Assembly: GCF_009914755.1 (NCBI RefSeq)
Contig: NC_060944.1
Reading direction: 5' to 3' (one strand)
DNA from: the human T2T-CHM13v2.0 reference genome, Homo sapiens
DNA length: 64,000 bases
The notes beneath the pieces were generated by a model, which worked only from the letters and a program-made list of their open reading frames with translations, ran no database searches and was not told the DNA's origin. Numbering within the stretch: position 1 is the first letter of the stretch; each line of letters opens with the position of its first letter. The translations under genes were made by a program, and so were the position numbers. Positions 57,552 through 64,000 of the stretch are shown piece after piece.

Positions 57552-58531
57552 GAGTCACTTCGGTAAGGCGGGAGCCCGAGCAAGGTCAAGGAGGGAAGTG
57601 CGCGGTGCCACGGACCGACACAGTTCGCTCTAGCATCTGACGCTCGGACTCCGCGCCCTCAGCCGGATCCCAGAGCCCTTCCATTCGCCAACCGCCCACT
57701 GCAAGGCATGAGCCGCACGCGGGAGCCCGAGGCTGCAGCGCGGTCATGAGGCGGTGGCCCGGGATCGACAGCTGCGCGACGCCAGCCCCCAAATCCCCTC
57801 TGGGCGCGGCACCCCCGGGATGAGCCCCCCACAGAGGCAAGCCCACTAAAGCTGAGATTCACTCCGAGTTCCTGAGCGCCTGAGCCGCGGGCACTGCGTC
57901 TCTGCAGCTCCCAGCCAACACCTGCGCCCGTGACCAGACGAACGCCTAGAGAGTCGGACTCCCCTCCCTTCCCAGGCTCTACGGGGCGCCGCGGATCCGC
58001 GAACAGCCGTGCCCGGCTAGCGGGCGGCCCAGCAAGTGTCAAGACCCTTCGGAACGACACTTTGGCACTCCTCCTCTCCCCCGACTGCTTCAGGCAGGGG
58101 TCGCAGGCAGACGCATGGCTTGTCCGGCGCCCCCTCCGTTTTCCATCACTGCAACTCCAGCTCCAGTTTGCCAATAAAGGTTTCTAAAGCAGCCCAGGCA
58201 CCACCCCACCCACCCACAGCCCCGAGCCTCAGTGTGCACAAGGGCTCTACCCGCGCCCGTCACAGCGACCTCGGCAGCGGGCACTTGGTACAGCCCGGCA
58301 GGCTGACGCTGCCGCCGAGGGCGCCCCGGCTACCGCCAAACCGTGACAACCTCGGTGTGCCCGGGGCCCCCATCTGGAACCGGCCCTCCCCGGGACTCCG
58401 AGTGCGGGGCGGCGCGGCAGGCGGCCCCGAGGAGCGCGGAGAGTAGTGGAGGTGGCTTGCCGGGTGAGTGGCTCGGGGCGGCGAGGGCGGGGGAGCCAAG
58501 CGTGGAGGTAACTCCCGGCCGCAGCTGAAGC

Positions 58532-58593
58532 CCTCCTACTCCTCCTCCTCCTCCTCCTCCTCCTCCTCCTTCTCCTTCTCCTCCTCCTCCTCC
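58532..58593 (+). repeat. (CCT/TCC)n polypyrimidine trinucleotide repeat
   Basis: Direct reading; about 20 units with few interruptions. Confidence 0.92.
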
Positions 58594-58864
58594 CCGCGCT
58601 TCTCTGGCGGCCGCTCCCGCTCCAGCTGCGGCGCCGCGGCCACATCTGGGGCGCCCATGTGCGCTCGGGGGCTCGGCTGCGCCCGCCCCGCCGCCGACCC
58701 CGCAGCCCCCTGCCAGCAGGGTGGCCTCCGGCCCGGCCCGGCCCGGGTCCCGGGCTGCCCCGGGACCCAGTCTCCGTCTCCGCCGCCGCCGCCGCCAGGC
58801 AGCGCCGGGGCTTGCTCCGCAGCCGGCTTGGACACCCCCGGCCTCGCGGTGGCTCCGCCGTGGT

Positions 58865-58888
58865 GCGGCGGCGGCGGCGGCGGCGGCG
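58865..58888 (+). repeat. (GCG)8 repeat upstream of the ISM1 start codon; (CCG)5 tracts near 58780 and 59035
   Basis: Direct reading. Confidence 0.92.
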
Positions 58889-59088
58889 CCGGCAGCTCCT
58901 GCTCCCCCGGCCCCGCACACCCCGCCGCGCCCAGCGCCAGCCCCGCGGGCCCGGGAAGCGGAGCCCTGGCGGGAGCCGACGCGGGAGCCGCGCTGCCGGG
59001 CTCCCGGGCTCCTACTCCTCCTCCCCCGGCGTCACCGCCGCCGCCGCCGGCCGCCGCGCCGGGTCCTAAAGCCGCGCGTCTCAAAAGG

Positions 59089-59226
59089 ATGGTGCGCCTG
59101 GCGGCCGAGCTGCTGCTGCTGCTGGGGCTGCTGCTGCTCACGCTGCACATCACCGTGCTGCGCGGCTCGGGAGCCGCCGACGGGCCCGACGCGGCCGCGG
59201 GCAACGCCAGCCAAGCCCAGCTGCAG
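59089..59226 (+). CDS. ISM1: Isthmin-1, first coding exon (signal peptide)
   Basis: MVRLAAELLLLLGLLLLTLHITVLRGSGAADGPDAAAGNASQAQLQ; strong Kozak AGGATGG; Leu-rich signal peptide; N-A-S sequon at N39; phase-0 donor CAG|GTGAGT at 59227. Confidence 0.96.
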
Positions 59227-60192
59227 GTGAGTGCGCCGCCGGAGAGGGCCGTGCGCGGCTGCGGGGACGGTTTGTGGGGCGGGGGTGCTGAGCTAGTGCC
59301 GGGTGGATGCAGGGAGGCAGGTCCCCTGCCCCACCTAAGAGCAACTGTTTTGGCAGTAGTTTTGCCCGGGCCACTTGACTTAGGCAGAGGCGGAGCGGGG
59401 GCACGTGCCTGGAGGCTGCACCCGGCTTCCAGGTCTGCGGGCTGCGCTCCTTCAGTTCTGTCTGTCACGGGTCAGGTGCGGGGTTGGTGGGGAGGTGGGA
59501 AGGAGCGAGGTTTGGGATGAGCAGAGGAAGTGTGGAGAATGTGCTTGCTTGGGGGTGCTACCAGTCTTTCGTTGCCCTTCGGAGGCTGAGTAATGTTACT
59601 CGAGGCTGGAGGGACGCAAGGAGACTTTATAGGATGATATCCCTGAAGTCTTTGGGAGAAAGAACTCCGGGAGTCTACCCCTTTAGGAAGCAATGCCAAA
59701 GGTCAGGACATAATTTCCCAAGGAGAATAGCCAGGCATCCCCTCCTCACCCTCAGGGTTCCCTTGCTTCCAGTGTTCCTCTTCCTCCGGGAGCCTCGCCT
59801 GAGGTTCCCCCCTCCCCCCTTGTGCCCCCTTGGTCATGGGGAAGGTGCAGAGTGAAGGCACCGGTAGTGATTTGGGCCAGGGTTACCTGGGGCTTTTAAA
59901 CTTGTAGCAAAGTCTTTCTCCCAAGGATCTTCCCCGTTGAAGGTCGCTTTAGCAATGGGATTCTGTTTATCCATTTCAACTTCAGGGCAAGGAGAGGGCG
60001 TAGTGGACGGTCAGACATAATGTGAGTTCTGACTTAGGAATAGAATTGCCCAGCTAGGCATTTCCTGCCGCTATGTTAGCGCCTTTCCTTGAGTCTAGGG
60101 GTGGGACAACTGTAAACTTGGAGCATAGGCAAAAGCAAGCAGGGATTTTCCCAGGAGGCAGAGGGGATTCTCTGGCTCCTAAAATCTGCTCA

Positions 60193-60558
<366 letters not shown>

Positions 60559-60639
60559 TTATATTCATTGTCTTTGATAATTCACTTTTTACATCTTTAT
60601 ACAATTTATTGCGAAAAACTTTACCGTAAAGAGAAAACT

Positions 60640-60830
60640 AATAAAACACTTCCATTGTGTTTACTACGTGCCACCGTTTTAAGTACTTTACAGAATTTAA
60701 CTCACTTAATTTAACCATAATCTTACGAGACATGGTACTGTTAATATAGCCTCATTTACAGATGCAAAAACTGAGGTACAGAGAGGTTAAAAAACTTGTC
60801 AAAGTTCAGACATTCCAAACTCTTGATTAC
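60640..60830 (-). mobile_element. MIR
   Basis: CTCATTTACAGATGCAAAAACTGAGGTACAGAGAGGTTAA core. Confidence 0.8.
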
Positions 60831-62086
60831 ACCAAATTTTGTCTCTACCAGGATAGACTAAAGCAAGGTGATTATTGCACGCAATTACAAAACAGTAGAA
60901 AAGTACACACCCCAAAGCTTAAAGTTGTTTTAACTTTGAGACATTTCTAAAAATGTCCTAACTTTGTGGGATCTCTCACCTTCTCCCGTGGGTAGATAAG
61001 TACAGTGACAGACTGAGGGAATTTCTATGCGGAAGTTGAAGATGCCACCATCCTATAGACTGGGGCACCCACCAATCTAACACTGCGGAGATAATTCTTA
61101 ATATCTTCAAGATTTCTGGAAGTTATATTTTATACATGATGCTTTCTTTCCTCATGGACTCATGAAAAGCCATAAAAATGATGTTCTGTGGAAAAGTAAA
61201 TTTGGCAGATTACTTTATGAGGTGTTTGCTATCATTAGAATAACCCGGGGTTGGCCTTTTCCGCTTGAACAGTAAGGTAATGAGAGAAGCAGCTGGTGGA
61301 AGTGGCAGTTCTAAAAGGGAAGTGGACTGAATTCTCAAAAGGGGCTTTGGCTGAAGAACTGCCCCAAGAGGACACAACAAATGGGGGATTTAGAAAGAGT
61401 TATGCTCCTAGAAATATCTTGAGTCCCAAGTAGCTGCTAATCCACCAGCTTCAGCTTATCTTGTAATAGTGTTCGGTGAGACTGTCCACTCAATGCACAC
61501 ACTTTTCCAAGCAGAATGATGAGTTTAGCAGTTTAGTTCATAATTTTGCTGTTTTGTAATTTGTTATTATAAAAGTTTTATACTCTTCCTGACCAAAGTT
61601 ATTTCTTTGGCCCTCTGACTCTCTGAAGGTATTATAAGTCAAAAGAAGAATGTTCTGCCAAATGAGGAGGTCTGCAAAAGACATTTATTAGTCCATCGTT
61701 TTCAGGCCCCAGAAAGTGAATTTGCTAGTAGCAGGTGTATTTGAAGACAAAACTGTGGACACTGTATTCTTTCTTTTTACCAGACATTTTAAACCCAAGT
61801 CTTAAACATCATCTAAATTTGTTGGTTCTGTGCTATCCTGAGCTACTAAAATCCTTCTTCACAATCAGAAAATTAATCAATCCATATACATCATTTTTAT
61901 TGTTTTTATCTCTGTGTACAACCTTCTAAAATATAAGGTTGTCTTAGTCAGAAATATGCAATGGTGAGTTTATTTACCTGAATTGTAGTATGTTTGTATT
62001 CACTTAAAAAGGGACACATTCTTATTTAAGGATATATCAAGGACGCCCAATAAAGTAGTAGTAAGAAAAGCAACAATAATAGTTAA

Positions 62087-62464
<378 letters not shown>

Positions 62465-63750
62465 CATACTAGCTTTCTTAATCCTCACAAAAATCCCGGG
62501 AATTAGGTGCTATCATTATCCCTGTTTCAAAAGGAGAAACTGAGGTTAGGTAATTTGCCCAAGGTTGCACAGCTAGAAGCTTCTTCATTTATTTTCGTTA
62601 TTTTATAGTGGGGAGCTATTTGAAGCATATTTCTACTGCAAGTTCTTGATAAAGTCATACACTCAAGAGAGAGAAAGGCTTTTAACAATTTACATTTTCA
62701 AATGTATCTTGACAGTCTTACTGTGTTAACTATGACATATATGTATATATACACATACATTATATATACATAATACACATATATGTATAAATGTTATCTA
62801 ACTTTTTTTGTAGTTTCAGCGCACTAGGGGTTACATTTTTGACTCTTTGTATGACTGTCTCCCCTAGTATGCCCTAGTGTGCTCAAAACATTAATAGGTA
62901 CGATGTTACAAGGTGGCAGTAAAAAGTTTTGAGTACACTCTCCATATTGGGTAACTGGCTGATGAAAATAAAAATGTTAGTCTTTGAATGGTTGTCAGTA
63001 TTTTTAAAATATCTAGTAAGAAATGAGAAAACTATCTGCAGTAGCTGCATTAAAATGCATGGAAACATCAACTTTTTCTTGCTTTTGAATCTTAGTTCAT
63101 TAGAATAAGTTTGTCTCATATTAATCAGATACTCAGATTAGTTCTTTCACATATATTTAATTAATGTTAATGATAAAACATACATAGATATGGATATAGA
63201 TATAGATATATAATAAAAGTCATCTGGAAGACAAAATATAGAATCCATAGGCAATAATAGTACTAATAAAGGTATCTCCTTTGTCTGAAATTCAAATGAT
63301 TGCCTTTCCACTAAATCTCAGTCAGTTTTAGAATCATGAATTTCTATATATTTTTAGTAGTAAGTCAGAACTCATTAAGGCAGTGAGATTTAAGCAAGTA
63401 TTATAAAACACCAATTTGATTATTTTTACAATAACATTAAAGCAAACCAAACTCTCGAATGTAGTAAAATGTCTTTGTTCTCTGTTTCCTAACTATCATC
63501 TTTATGAACACTTTCCATCTTTTATCCCTTTATTGCCTTCAGTAAAACAGCTTAGCTTCTTGTATTCACTGCTTTGGATTTAGGAGTTCATCCAAGCCAC
63601 TTATAGCAGTAGAAGCAAAAGCATAATTTATCTGTACTTAATACAAGAAAGTCAATAGCCATTTGTGTTTCTTATTTTGTGACTTACCTGCTCGTTTTCC
63701 AGTCAGGCTGATTACTTTTACTGGAATTTTTTTTTTTAATGATTGACAAT

Positions 63751-64000
63751 TGTTTCACTTAGCTATTGCTGCAGAACAAACCACCCTAAAATTTAGTGGC
63801 TTAACACAACCACCATTTTATTTCTTCATGAATTTGTATGACAGCACCTTGCTTGGGCTCAGCTGAGTGGTTCTTCTGGTGATTTCACCTGATATTACTC
63901 ATGTAGCTGTGGCCATCTGTTGGCTTCATGTGGGCTAGGTGGTCCAAAAATACCTCACTCATTTGTCTGATAGTTGGTGCTTGCTGTCACTTAGGTTTGC
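63751..64000 (-). mobile_element. MLT1 LTR (truncated by window end)
   Basis: AGCTATTGCTGCAGAACAAACCACCCTAAAATTTAGTGGCTTAA...GGGCTCAGCTG. Confidence 0.75.

Larger units (their letters stand above)
57100..59600. promoter_or_regulatory. ISM1: ISM1 CpG island promoter
   Basis: About 2.5 kb of very GC- and CpG-rich sequence with GC boxes, enclosing the first coding exon. Confidence 0.93.

Noticed and set aside
58247-59468. Long antisense ORFs (310, 223 and 196 aa) with poly-Glu/Arg/Gly runs
   Set aside because: Expected from stop-codon scarcity in a CpG island and from translated trinucleotide repeats; no recognisable domain.
58468-59520. 350-aa single-exon ORF taken as the ISM1 protein
   Set aside because: It starts at a GTG and reads through the strong donor at 59227 into the intron; only 59089-59226, and possibly the 58657 extension, is supported.

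Overview
Primate (human-like) genomic DNA spanning two + strand genes recognised from translation. The window holds the last intron, terminal coding exon (2104-2217) and 3' UTR of SPTLC3, then about 50 kb of repeat-dense intergenic DNA, then the CpG-island promoter, signal-peptide exon (CDS 59089-59226) and start of intron 1 of ISM1 (isthmin-1). This gene order matches human 20p12. The repeats are Alu, L1, MaLR/ERVL/ERV1 solo LTRs, hAT and mariner relics, and microsatellites, and most ORFs in the supplied track are repeat or GC-content artefacts. The strongest unexplained structure is a ~910-bp fold-back about 10 kb upstream of ISM1 (48197-49107): two ~250-bp arms, ~87% identical, each with an identical CCAAT/AP-1/ATTGG core. 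The ISM1 5' region shows a TATA+Inr promoter followed by a splice donor, a canonical-looking 162-nt 5' UTR intron, and an in-frame upstream AUG that could add 144 aa ahead of the signal peptide. There is also a five-layer nest of transposons with TSDs at every layer and a 5'-inverted L1MA. Subfamily names and identities are by-eye calls; no searches were run.
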